This document shows positions 17,639 to 28,000 of a stretch of DNA of 50,835 nt, in pieces. The DNA comes from an uncultured bacterium (GTDB lineage Bacteria > Krumholzibacteriota > Krumholzibacteriia > WVZY01 > JAKEHA01), in NCBI GenBank assembly GCA_965372335.1, contig CBDVBX010000001.1, positions 1 to 50,835 on the forward strand, in the 5' to 3' direction. The notes under the pieces were generated by a model. That model searched no databases. It saw nothing but the letters and a program-made list of their open reading frames with translations, and was not told where the DNA came from. Made by a program: the position numbers and the translations under genes. How positions within the stretch are numbered: the first letter of the stretch is position 1; the number at the start of each line of letters is the position of its first letter.

Positions 17639-20600
17639 TTGTCAGCTCCCTTTCCTGATTCGTGCACGTGTTCGTCCGGCAGCTGCTGCGTCTCTTTTTC
17701 AGTCGTCCTAATTTTTAGTGGGCGTGCGGCGTCCGTGACTGCGTTGATTTTTGAAGCGTAGCTGGTCTTTTTTGCGACATCTTCATCGGTAATAATATGG
17801 AAATCCAGCAGTCCTCCGGACCGGTATCCCGTCCGAAGGTAATTGATTTCATCAAGGCAGAGGCTCCAACCCTCGAGCCAATGCACAAGGTCCTTGCGTT
17901 GGGATGCCGTACCTCTGAAGTGGATCAACATGTCGATATCGCTCGCCGGTCCCGCCGTGCCGTTTTTCGTGCTTCCAAACACGTAAATACCCTCAACCCC
18001 AAACTCTTCGGGATCCAGCTGAAAGGCGATCTGCTCGGCCATGCGATAACGCCAGCGCCAATAATTCTCCGGATGACCGTCTTCGAATGTATCCCCTTCC
18101 TCCGGGGACCCGATATCCTGCTCGGGATCCGCCAGCAGGCCCACTGCCTCGCCGAGTTCAGCGTTCATCAATACCTGCATCATTTTCCCGTCTGTGGCGC
18201 TTGCGACATCAATCACCCGAATCACATCGGCGAGATACGCATATTCGGGAAGTAGTTCCGGGAGAATGTTTTCCGAGCGTAGGAGAACGCGCTCGTTGAA
18301 GCATGTTTCCTCATCATCCGGGAACACAGGAAGGTAGTTAATGCCCGATTGCACGAGGTCCTGCAGGAAATGGACTCCGATAGACAAGGCGCTGTCTTCG
18401 GTGTTATCTGGCTGCAGCAAATCGACCAGGACTGCCGCGTTTTTGAAATCGTTGCACTTTAGGTCCACGCCGGCCCGGTGATCGCCGCGGTCACTCCAAC
18501 GACCGGGCCGCATGAGGATGAACTGCCGCTTGGGAAGCAACTCGTTCAACTTCGCCACCGCCTTGCCGACGGCCTGTCGCTGCGCTGGTTCTTCTAGCGC
18601 GTCGAGCGCCGCGGCTCGCAAGTAGACAATGTGGGTGATGTTAGAAACCCATCCGTTCGATACGTAGCGGTTCGCCGAGAATATCAACTTGTCTTCGGTA
18701 ATGTCCTTCGGAATGGGAGCCGGCCGCGGTGCACGGGCAAGGGCCTGGGGGCAACATTGCAAAAGATAAATGTGCTCTCCGTCGGAGGCGAACTCGATCT
18801 CCACGGGCACGCCAAACTTTTCCTCGAGTGTTCGCAGAAGATCCCGGATTTGTGTCCCAAAGGGCCCCCGTGTGATCAATCCATCGAAGGTCACCACGAG
18901 ATCATCGTTCTCGAGGTTTGACTTCCCCTCATCCAGCGGTTGGACCTGGCCGTTTTTATACACAGACACAACTTGTTCCGCGTTGGGATACTCCTCGCCG
19001 AAGCTCCTCATCAGCTCGCTCAGCTCGAGCGTTTGCAAACGGTTGGTCTCCAAGTTGATCACGTCGATACTCCTGGGGGCGCTGCGGAAGCTATCTTCCC
19101 TTACCCCATTTACCTGGATCGACGGCCGGCCCGGCACGACCAGCACAGGATACTCTTCGCCGGTGCGGTCCGAGGCGCGGGTTCCGAGTCCGGGGACGAT
19201 GTGGACCATGCCGTCCTCTCCCGTAATACCGGGCAACCATTGAAAGTCGTTCCGACTTCGGGCTACCCCCGAATAGGCAGGCAGAAAACATGGACCGACC
19301 CGGGTTCCCACTACCTCCTGAATCATGACGCCCATTTGCTCGCTGAACTCCAGCAGCCCACGGTCCGCCCTGTATTCGATCGGATCCGGGCCGAAGTTCG
19401 ACGCGTACACCTCGGCCACCGCGCGCATGAGATCGCGGAGGCGCTCCGCCCTGGTTCCCTGGTTCCCCAAGAATACGCTCTTGTATTTACCGCGGAAAGC
19501 TGACCCCGTTCGGTCTTCCAGTAGCGACGAACTGCGCACGACCAAAGGGCTGTCTTCGAAGTCGTCCAGTGCCATCGACAGCCCGTTGGTCATTTCGGGT
19601 GGATGAACCGTCTGCTGGAACATTTCAATGACGTGTGGGTATTCTAAACGGACCCTTTCGATATCCTTGTACTTCTGCTCAACAATCTCATCCATATTGT
19701 TGTAATGTATGAATTCGAGCATCATGTCCGAGGAGATGTACCAGGTCTTGGGGATCCGGAACGGTGAGTCCGCCCTGAGGCCACCGTTCGTTTTTCTCAA
19801 GATCTGCGACGCCAGGAACAGGCCTGCGCTCTTGCCTCCGAGCTTTCCGTGGCTCTCCGCGGAGCAGATCACCTTCTGGAGAAGCTGGTAGAGATCTTCG
19901 ATGTCCACAACATCCTTCGCGAGGTTGATGTACTCCATCCTGTCCGAAAGAATGCACTCGATGAGAAGGACTTTCAGGCCCCTCGCGAGGGGATACCGGT
20001 TATTCGTTTCTTCATGAGTTGTGAGGATATGCCGTCGGAGGCCGCTGGCGACATCGGAGTGGGGTAGGTGACGGCGCACGGTTCGGAGCAATCCGCCGAG
20101 CTTATCCTCCTGAATCCACATCTGGACGCGGGAAAGAACTTCCTCATTGCTCAGATGTTCGGCGGCGATTCGAAAAATTTTTTCTGTAGATTCGGTGGAG
20201 AAGTCCAGTGGACGGCGCGGCAGTTGCTCCCTCGCTTCGTCGCCGTAGACATTGTACCCCAGCGTGCCCCGGTGTTTGTCCACCCGCCTCAACGCCTCTG
20301 CCTCTTCCACTCCGCTCCAGCACAGGTGGTTGAGCATTTTGTTGGACAGTCTGAGAAAAAGGGCGTTATCCGTCTGACGAATGAGGTCCAGCACGGCCTC
20401 CCAGTCGCCTCTTCGGCTTTCTGAGCGATCCCGGTCGGCGATTTTCCACTCCTGAAAAACGTGCTTCATCTTCTTGTATGTCAGGAAGTGGTTGATCCGG
20501 TCCGCGATGGTCTCGATGAGTTTTTTCTCCTCCTTGAGGAAGGGACCGATGTCCGCCGCGGGCATTTCGCGGGTGTAGTACACGCCGATCGTGCCCAAAT

Positions 20601-20877
20601 TTTGATCCTGGTGTACGATGGGCGCGGTCAGTTTCCAAGGCGTCTCCTCGAAGCCCTGGGAACGGTATTCCCTGCCCTCCAATGTGATCGTAGCCTCACA
20701 GATGTCGGGGAATTGCCATCCCGGAGGAATGGCCTTAATGACACACTCGCAAACCTGATCGATGTCCGCGTCTGGTTCCCTCAGTGTTTCTTCAATGGCG
20801 TATAAGCACGTTAGCTCCTTGGCTCGTTCCGCAAGGGCTTCCAGCAATCTAATCGCTGACTGAGTTTGCTCTTTCAT
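17635..20877 (-). CDS. Multidomain protein: N-terminal CLY-type (GAF-like) sensor module, PEP/pyruvate-binding ATP-grasp domain (PPDK_N), a conserved C-terminal module, and a Pol-beta-type nucleotidyltransferase
   Basis: 1080 aa. LVVRSSSLLEDRTGSAFRGKYKSVF and VEIEFASDGEHIYLLQCCP are PPDK_N hallmarks. GIYVFGSTKNGTAGPASDIDMLIHF is the GSx(n)DxD nucleotidyltransferase motif. The N-terminal ELTCLYAIEE...GPFLKEEKKLIETIA is homologous to a module in the kinase at 31116-32891. Confidence 0.8.
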   Translation of the reverse strand: MKEQTQSAIRLLEALAERAKELTCLYAIEETLREPDADIDQVCECVIKAIPPGWQFPDICEATITLEGREYRSQGFEETPWKLTAPIVHQDQNLGTIGVYYTREMPAADIGPFLKEEKKLIETIADRINHFLTYKKMKHVFQEWKIADRDRSESRRGDWEAVLDLIRQTDNALFLRLSNKMLNHLCWSGVEEAEALRRVDKHRGTLGYNVYGDEAREQLPRRPLDFSTESTEKIFRIAAEHLSNEEVLSRVQMWIQEDKLGGLLRTVRRHLPHSDVASGLRRHILTTHEETNNRYPLARGLKVLLIECILSDRMEYINLAKDVVDIEDLYQLLQKVICSAESHGKLGGKSAGLFLASQILRKTNGGLRADSPFRIPKTWYISSDMMLEFIHYNNMDEIVEQKYKDIERVRLEYPHVIEMFQQTVHPPEMTNGLSMALDDFEDSPLVVRSSSLLEDRTGSAFRGKYKSVFLGNQGTRAERLRDLMRAVAEVYASNFGPDPIEYRADRGLLEFSEQMGVMIQEVVGTRVGPCFLPAYSGVARSRNDFQWLPGITGEDGMVHIVPGLGTRASDRTGEEYPVLVVPGRPSIQVNGVREDSFRSAPRSIDVINLETNRLQTLELSELMRSFGEEYPNAEQVVSVYKNGQVQPLDEGKSNLENDDLVVTFDGLITRGPFGTQIRDLLRTLEEKFGVPVEIEFASDGEHIYLLQCCPQALARAPRPAPIPKDITEDKLIFSANRYVSNGWVSNITHIVYLRAAALDALEEPAQRQAVGKAVAKLNELLPKRQFILMRPGRWSDRGDHRAGVDLKCNDFKNAAVLVDLLQPDNTEDSALSIGVHFLQDLVQSGINYLPVFPDDEETCFNERVLLRSENILPELLPEYAYLADVIRVIDVASATDGKMMQVLMNAELGEAVGLLADPEQDIGSPEEGDTFEDGHPENYWRWRYRMAEQIAFQLDPEEFGVEGIYVFGSTKNGTAGPASDIDMLIHFRGTASQRKDLVHWLEGWSLCLDEINYLRTGYRSGGLLDFHIITDEDVAKKTSYASKINAVTDAARPLKIRTTEKETQQLPDEHVHESGKGADK

Positions 20878-22627
20878 AGCAGATCACCCCCCGGCTACTC
20901 GTACCGTCCACTTTGACATGGAGCGGCTCATTCAACGTGACGTGACGCACGAATTGTGATTCGCGGATTTCTTTCTGGCGTTCCAGCCAATCCCAATTGA
21001 CGGGATACCTCTCGGTTTTGTCCGTTGAAAAATACAGAATCCGCAGGCACGTAACGTTGTGGAAGAAATGCGATCCCTGGCTCATGTCCACGCTCATATC
21101 GGACGAGGAGGCTTCGACGACGACCTTGGCGCCGGACACTTGCCCCCAATTAACGGGAATTCCCAGCCATGGATCGGAGGTCCCGAGACGCCCAAGCACC
21201 ACCAGAGCATAGGGACGACCTGCTTTGAGAAGCTGCCGGTTCATCTCGTCCAGTTCCGCCGCGATCAGCCACGAGTCTTTAGCGGAGAAAACGTCGGGTT
21301 TCACATAAACAATGTCTTTAATGCAGTCCAGCTGTCCGTTACCCAAAACCTGCTCGGAAGCTACGAATACGTGGTCTCCGCGGAGTTCTTGTTCGTTGAT
21401 TTCCACGCGGTCATCGGATATGAACATCGGTCGAACCTGGAGGAAACCGAACCGCGCGCTGTTGCTCGTACCCTGACCGAAGTCTACGGCAAACTCGATC
21501 TCCACAGGATTCCCCAACTCGTCCTCGCAAACAGTCAAAAGATTTCGGACCAGGTCATTCAATGGGATTTCGTTGAGTTCCAATAAGGGACAAAAATCCA
21601 AGACTCGTGCTCCCGGCCTGGCCGTGCCTGGAGTCAGCCGTTCGGTTTGGGGATCGTAGGTCGAAGCCATCTTCCCGAGTACACCATCTTCCTCCGCGTG
21701 GCGGAGATTCCCGTCGAATAGGTATTCTGTTTCCTGGATGGGGTCGTAGGTAGGGGGCTTGCCCATGTTCACGGACCAGAATTGAGTCTGAGTTTGCGTG
21801 AGAAGCTCTTTCATGGAACCGAAAGGAGGTTTTACTTTGGGATAAGCTGGGCAGTAGGTCCACGTCCTGCCTCCGTCTACGATAGTCTTTCCCAATCCCA
21901 GCGCCAGGCTCACCACACCGTGCTCGGGCTGTGTATATCCCAGCGAGTAAAAATTGTACGAGCGGGCCACACCGGAAACATTTGGGTAAAACCGATCGCC
22001 ACGGCGGAGGCCCACGACTTCTTGAATCATGATGGCCATTTTCTCATCTCCGTGCGACCGCCCCAGAGCCTGACGGTAGCTCTTGGCGTCTCGAGAAAAA
22101 GTCGAAGCATAGACAAATTTGACCGCTTCCACCAACGTGCGAAGACGTGCCTCCGCGCTGAACTGGTTGTTGGGTACCATTTTTGTGGCGTAAACACCCG
22201 CCAAGGGCTCTTGAAGGGCATCCTCCAGAAGGCTGGACGACCTTACCGCCAGAGGAGCATGCACGTCGGAGATGAGTTTTCTTAGTTCATCGACGAGCTC
22301 CGTCGGTAGCTCCGCCCTTTGAAAGGCGTTCGCCATGTGTCGATCCTTAGTATCTGACAGGGCAACGTCGTAAAGGCGATTCTTCTCCATGAATAGATCG
22401 AACCAGTCGGTTGCGATTACCCAAAACCACGGGATGTCCACTGCGATGGAGGGAAACGCGTCCTTGTCAAGCCGGGTTTTCAGGATGTGTTCGATCCGCA
22501 CCAGCCCCTGCGCTTTCCCCCCGATTTCCCCCTTCCCAACCTGGGTGAAGAACTTCGCAGTTTGGGCAGTACTCCCGTCGGAGCCACCATCACCTCGTGG
22601 AAATGAGCCGCTTTCTCTGTTCACCAT
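20849..22627 (-). CDS. PEP/pyruvate-binding (PPDK_N ATP-grasp) domain protein, a paralogue of the downstream gene
   Basis: GGKAQGL, LAVRSSSLLEDALQEPLAGVYATK and VEIEFAVDF are present. The C-terminal module GRLGTSDPWLGIPVNWGQVSGAKVVVE...SQGSHFFHN parallels GRWSDRGDHRAGVDL...IGVHFLQD in the 1080-aa protein. I prefer the ATG at 22627. The track start at 22705 is a GTG directly abutting the upstream stop. No canonical GGxTSHAA swivel motif is seen. Confidence 0.75.
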   Translation of the reverse strand: MVNRESGSFPRGDGGSDGSTAQTAKFFTQVGKGEIGGKAQGLVRIEHILKTRLDKDAFPSIAVDIPWFWVIATDWFDLFMEKNRLYDVALSDTKDRHMANAFQRAELPTELVDELRKLISDVHAPLAVRSSSLLEDALQEPLAGVYATKMVPNNQFSAEARLRTLVEAVKFVYASTFSRDAKSYRQALGRSHGDEKMAIMIQEVVGLRRGDRFYPNVSGVARSYNFYSLGYTQPEHGVVSLALGLGKTIVDGGRTWTYCPAYPKVKPPFGSMKELLTQTQTQFWSVNMGKPPTYDPIQETEYLFDGNLRHAEEDGVLGKMASTYDPQTERLTPGTARPGARVLDFCPLLELNEIPLNDLVRNLLTVCEDELGNPVEIEFAVDFGQGTSNSARFGFLQVRPMFISDDRVEINEQELRGDHVFVASEQVLGNGQLDCIKDIVYVKPDVFSAKDSWLIAAELDEMNRQLLKAGRPYALVVLGRLGTSDPWLGIPVNWGQVSGAKVVVEASSSDMSVDMSQGSHFFHNVTCLRILYFSTDKTERYPVNWDWLERQKEIRESQFVRHVTLNEPLHVKVDGTSSRGVICYERANSVSD

Positions 22628-22705
22628 AGCTTTCGACCTGTCTCCTGAAGGTAAGGGATCGCAGCGGTTATTTCGCGTAGCTATCACCCGAAACGTTTGT
22701 GGCAC

Positions 22706-24295
22706 CTACGCGTCCAGGATCTCCTGCGCTTCCATTTCATCGACATCCTTGATGTATTTGATCCCGCTAATCCTGGCCGCATCTTGTGTCAGTGCCGCGA
22801 CGTCATCCCGGCTAATGTAGCTCAGATCAAACTTGCGCGCTCCACTCATCAACTGGCGCAACCCCTGCGCGAGGCGCTCGTAATACGTGTAGAGACCGAT
22901 CGCTCCCGTCGGCAGCTTTTCGAATTCCTCGTCGCCAAGCTCCTTGCGCAGCTCGGGGGCCGTGACAAATATCTCGTCCTTGGTTTTACCGAAACGCTCC
23001 ACGTACACAGGAAGCTCTTGCGCATCTATGGTTTTTCCTATGGTCTTTCCCACCATGGCAGCGGCAATGGGAGAGCGGGCCATGCCCACGAGTTTTACGA
23101 AAGGCGCACCAAGAGCGAGGGCTTTGAAAATGTGGTCTTCGAACGTGAATCCGCCGGCTGGCGCCAAAGCCGGGACGTATTCGCCCCTGTCGGCCAGACG
23201 TTTTGTGTACTCATAGAGCAATGAATGCAGTTCAACGGGCGGCATTCCCCATTCGTTCATCATTCGCCAAGGACTCATGCCCGTTCCACCTCCGGCACCA
23301 TCAACCGTAAGGAGATCGATTCCATACTTGGACGAAAACTTCACCGCCCGCGCTAGATCGGCGGGCCGGTAAGCCCCCGTTTTCAGGAACACGTATTTAG
23401 CGCCCGCGTTGCGCAATTCTTCCACCCGCTGGGCAAAGGACTCTTCGTCCACCATGCCGACACGTGAGTGCCGCTCGAATTCCTTGAACGATCCGCGCTC
23501 GAACGCCGCGATGACGTGAGGATCCGTGGGATTCGGAAGTACGACGTACCCCCGCTCGTACAATAACTGGGCCTTTTCGAGGTCCGTTATTTTCACCTCG
23601 CCACCGATGTTTTTTGCGCCCTGGCCCCATTTGATCTCCACGATTTCCACACCGAGTTCACGAATGGCGTATTCCTGTACGCCAAGCCTGGTGTCTTCCA
23701 CATTCGCCTGGACGATTATGGCGCCGTAGCCGTCGTGCTGGTGATCCTGGTATAACTTGATCCTTCTTTTGAGGTCTACCGTATCGAGTATTTCACCGTT
23801 CTTGAGTCGCGCTTCGGGATCCATGCCGACCACGTTCTCCCCGATGGTGAGTCCCGTGCCGGCCAGTGCCGATCCGATCGCCAGACCCTCCCAGTTATTT
23901 TTGGCGATATTCGTAGAACCGATGCCCGGAATGATCCACGGATACCGGAACTTGATGCCGTTGTCCCTGCCGAAACGCACTTCGAGATTCACATTGGGGA
24001 AAATGGCTTTGTCCGAGTCTGCCTCGATTCCGTGGGCTCCGACCGCGGTACCCATAATGTTGAAGTGCGAGTAGTCCACGGGATACACTTTTTCCGATGC
24101 GGTGGTAATCACACCGAACGGCTGCGGATAGATCACCTCGTGGCCTCGGAAAGCGGACTTTCCGATCTCGCACATCCCCACGCAGCCGTCTACGCAGGTG
24201 ACACACATGCCGGAGCCCGGCGTGACCGATCCTTCGGTCCTGTTCTTGGTCAGAGTTGCGGCAGAAGAGTTTACTCTCGACAATGTCTGAAACAT
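22706..24295 (-). CDS. FMN-binding glutamate synthase family protein (GltB central/FMN domain only, archaeal-type split subunit)
   Basis: 529 aa. N-terminal Cys cluster CVTCVDGCVGMCEIGK. TIM-barrel FMN region with LTVDGAGGGTGMSPW and APAGGFTFEDHIFKALALGA. No amidotransferase or GXGXG domain is fused. Confidence 0.85.
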   Translation of the reverse strand: MFQTLSRVNSSAATLTKNRTEGSVTPGSGMCVTCVDGCVGMCEIGKSAFRGHEVIYPQPFGVITTASEKVYPVDYSHFNIMGTAVGAHGIEADSDKAIFPNVNLEVRFGRDNGIKFRYPWIIPGIGSTNIAKNNWEGLAIGSALAGTGLTIGENVVGMDPEARLKNGEILDTVDLKRRIKLYQDHQHDGYGAIIVQANVEDTRLGVQEYAIRELGVEIVEIKWGQGAKNIGGEVKITDLEKAQLLYERGYVVLPNPTDPHVIAAFERGSFKEFERHSRVGMVDEESFAQRVEELRNAGAKYVFLKTGAYRPADLARAVKFSSKYGIDLLTVDGAGGGTGMSPWRMMNEWGMPPVELHSLLYEYTKRLADRGEYVPALAPAGGFTFEDHIFKALALGAPFVKLVGMARSPIAAAMVGKTIGKTIDAQELPVYVERFGKTKDEIFVTAPELRKELGDEEFEKLPTGAIGLYTYYERLAQGLRQLMSGARKFDLSYISRDDVAALTQDAARISGIKYIKDVDEMEAQEILDA

Positions 24296-24323
24296 GGCGT
24301 TCCGCTCCTTTTCGCAGATGCTC

Positions 24324-25022
24324 CTATTTTCCGGGGATTTGTTGTTTACTTTTCACAATTTCACAGGCCACACAGGGATCCATGTAGCACATCATATCGT
24401 CGAAGCTATTCTTTTCGAGGCACGGCGGTGCCAGGTTGGCACAGCCTCCGCAGACCGCTTTGTCCGGCTCCGTATACGTACACCGGAGAGTACAGACCGG
24501 ACAGACATACATGCAGGCGCCGCACAAACGGCACTCCTCCGACTTGATGTCGAAGGGGGTGCCAATGCTGCGGTGTTCTCCGCGGCCGCGGAAACCGATG
24601 GCTTTGGCGACCATCTGCTCTTCACACATGCGTACGCAAAGACCGCAGAGAATGCAGTCTTCGTATTCCTGTTTGAACCTTTGCGTGCGAACATCGTGTT
24701 TCGCCGCCAGATCTTGAATCACTTTTGATTGCGGGCACGATGCCAGCAAGAGTTCGAGGATCATTTTGCGCGCTTTCACCACTCGAGAGGACGCGGTCCT
24801 GACGGCCAGACCTTCTTGTACCGGGTGAGTGCAAGAGGTGACCAGTTTTGCGTTTTCCCCTTTCCCAACCTCCACCACACAGAGCCGGCATGCACCGTAG
24901 GGTGAAAGACCTTCCATGTGACAAAGAGTGGGGATGGAAAAGCCCAGGAACTGGGCAGCTTCCAGGAGGCTGGTCCCCTTCTCCACGGTTACATCCACAC
25001 CGTTGATTTTGAGGGTAATCAC
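24324..25022 (-). CDS. 2Fe-2S plus 4Fe-4S ferredoxin protein (like the N-terminal part of NuoG/HydA) with a Cys-rich tail
   Basis: MITLKINGVDV...CHMEGLSPYGACRLCVVEV is the plant-type 2Fe-2S fold of NuoG/HydA N-termini. CILCGLCVRMC and CRLCGACMYVCP are ferredoxin motifs. The tail adds CGGC...C...C...CVAC. 4-nt overlap with the NuoF-GltD gene. Confidence 0.8.
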   Translation of the reverse strand: MITLKINGVDVTVEKGTSLLEAAQFLGFSIPTLCHMEGLSPYGACRLCVVEVGKGENAKLVTSCTHPVQEGLAVRTASSRVVKARKMILELLLASCPQSKVIQDLAAKHDVRTQRFKQEYEDCILCGLCVRMCEEQMVAKAIGFRGRGEHRSIGTPFDIKSEECRLCGACMYVCPVCTLRCTYTEPDKAVCGGCANLAPPCLEKNSFDDMMCYMDPCVACEIVKSKQQIPGK

Positions 25023-28000
25023 GCGCTCTGCCTCCCAGTTTCGGTTACTGTTTGTTTTTCTTTCTCGTTACGGGTGAATTCGAGATCGCATCGCAAACAC
25101 CTCAACGACTCCCGACGAGCTTCTGCCTGGGACAGGGCCACCTCCACCTCGGCGAAGTTCCGTCTACGCCATTCCGCCGGAGCACGGGGCGTTTCAGACC
25201 GGTCGCCGCCCAAGGCGGCTTCGTCCACCATCGGTTCCACATACACCTGGGGCAGTCTGGCGAACATAGGTTGAAGCAAGGGTTCTTTTTTGAGAAATCG
25301 CTCAATAATAACGGCCGCTTTTTTCCCGTCTGCGATGGCCTCGACCACTGTGTTGGGGCCGCGGACAACATCCCCGGCGGCGAAAACCCCCGGCCGGTTC
25401 GTCTGCATCGTCGTGGGATCCGTCCGCACGGTGTTCCAGGGCGTCGTCTCGATCTGACTCGACTTCGCGGGTGTGATCGCGTCGATGCCCGAATCCTCGC
25501 CGATCGCGACGATAAGCGTGTCGAGGTCGATGACGTGCTCCGTGCCGTTGATCGGCATCGGTCTGCGTCGGCCGCTCTCGTCGGCTTCGCCCAGCTCGTT
25601 CCGGATGCATTCCAGCCCGGCCAGGCGGCCATTGTTATTGACTATTCTGACCGGAGTAACAAGGGTTTCGATGCGGATTCCCTCCTGATCGGCGGCTTCG
25701 ATCTCCTCGGCGAAGGCGGGCATCTCGTTCCGCGTCCTCCGGTAAAGAATGGTGACCTCGTCCACGTCCTTGAGGCGAAGGGCCATACGGGCCGCGTCGA
25801 TCGCCGAATTTCCGCCTCCGATGACGCCCACCTTTCCCTTGGCCAGCTGTCGCTCTTGTAAGTTAAAAGCCTTTAGAAACTCTATGGAGGGATACACTCC
25901 CTCAACGTCCTCGTTTTCCAGGCGCAGAGGTTTGCTCTTGTGCGCGCCGATGGCCAGGAGAACGGCTCCGTATCCCGATTCGAATAGCTCGTCGATATTA
26001 ATGTCCCGGCCCAGCGCAGTTCCGCATTTCACGGTGATGTTCTCGTTGAGCAAGGCGTCGATTTCTTTCTCGATCACCTCACGAGGTAGACGATACGAGG
26101 GAATGGCGCACGTCAGCATGCCGCCGGGTTCTTTCTCCGCCTCGAACACCGTGACCTCGCACCCTTTGAGGGACAAGTAATGGGCCGCAGTCAGCCCGGC
26201 AGGTCCCGCGCCGATAATCGCAATTTTGGGCGGGGCACCGTCGCTCCACTCCTGCTTGACCGGTTGGTACGCGGAGGGATCGATCCGATCGGTGATGAAA
26301 CGTTTCAACGCCCGTATGGCCACGGGGTCGCCTCCGGCCGCACCAGCCCGGCATTTCGCCTCACACGGATGGTGGCAGACTCGGGCACAGATGGAAGGAA
26401 ATGGATTGGGTTCCCGGATAACGCGGTAGGCCTCGTCGTACTCCCCGTGCCCGATTAGGGCTACGTATCGCCACGCCTCGGTCCCCAAGGGGCACGCGGA
26501 CTGGCAGGGCGCGCCCACTAATTCCTTGCAAACGAAAGCGTCGCACCGTTTGTCTATGATGTGCCGTTCGTACTCTTCGCGAAAGTAGCGCAGCGTGCTG
26601 AGCACGGGATTGGGCGCAGACTGTCCCAGACCGCACATCGTCGTGTCCTTGACCACGTGGGCCAACTCTTCCAGGAGGTCGAGTTCCTCCAAGGTCGCCT
26701 CGCCCTTGGAGATGTCGTCGAGGATCTCGTACATCCGTTGTGTACCCTTCCGGCAGGTGAAGCACTTCCCACACGATTCGTCCTTGAGAAAACCCATGAA
26801 GTATTTGGCCACGTCCACCATGCAGGTGTCCTCGTCCATAACGATCATCCCGCCCGATCCCATGATGGAACCGGCCTTTATCAGGCTGTCATAGTCGATA
26901 GGCAGATCAAACATGCGAGCAGGGATACACCCACCTGAGGGCCCCCCCGTTTGAACCGCCTTGATCTTCGTGTTTCCGGACGCACCCCCTCCGATGTCGT
27001 AAACCACTTCCGAAATCTTTATGCCCAGCGGGACCTCCACCAGGCCTGTGTTCTGTATTTTTCCCACCAGGGAAAAGATCTTAGTGCCCGTGTTCCCCGG
27101 TACGCCCACCCTCGCGTAAACGTCCGCTCCCCCATCAATGATCACGGGAATGTTAGCCAGCGATTCCACGTTGTTAATGCAGGTGGGATGCCCTCCGATG
27201 CCCTTTTCTATCGGATAGGGAGGACGCTGGCGGGGTTCACCTGTGAAACCTTCGACGGATTTGATGAGCGCCGTCTCCTCCCCACACACAAAGGCGCCCG
27301 CCCCTCGTACGATTGTGATGTCAAAGTCGACCCCGGTGCCGAGGATATTCTCCCCCAGCAAGCCCAGGTCCCGAGCCTGACGGAGGGCAATGATGGTGTG
27401 CTTGATAGCGATGGGATACTCGCTGCGCACGTAGATGTAGCCCTGGGTTGCGCCGATAGCAATCCCTCCGATGAGCAGACCTTCGATGATGGCGTGAGGA
27501 TTGCCTTCTAGGAGACTCCGATCCATATAGGCGCCGGGATCCCCCTCGTCGGCATTGCATACTATGTATTTCTGCTCTGCACCGTTTCCGGAAGCCCGCG
27601 CGAGCTCCCACTTCTTTCCGGTCGGGAAACCGGCTCCTCCCCGTCCCCGTAGACCTGATTTTTTGACTTCCTCTACGATCCATTCGGGATCGATCCGTGA
27701 CAGCACTTTCTCGGCGGCCGCATATCCACCCACCTCGATATAATTGATGATTCGGATGGGATCGAGCTTCTGGTTGCTCCCCAGTATGGTGCGCTTCTGC
27801 TTCTTGAAGAAGGGAATGTCGTCCTGGCTGTGGTACTGCCTTTTGTCGTGCGGGTCTCTGTAGATGAGACTTTCGTCGACGAAACCGCCCACGGCAGCGT
27901 CGATAACTCTGGGAACGTCCTCCATCTCGAGCTTTGGATAGAGATGCCGGCCCGGTTCCACGAGGACGAATGGATCCATCTCGCAGAATCCCTGGCAGCC

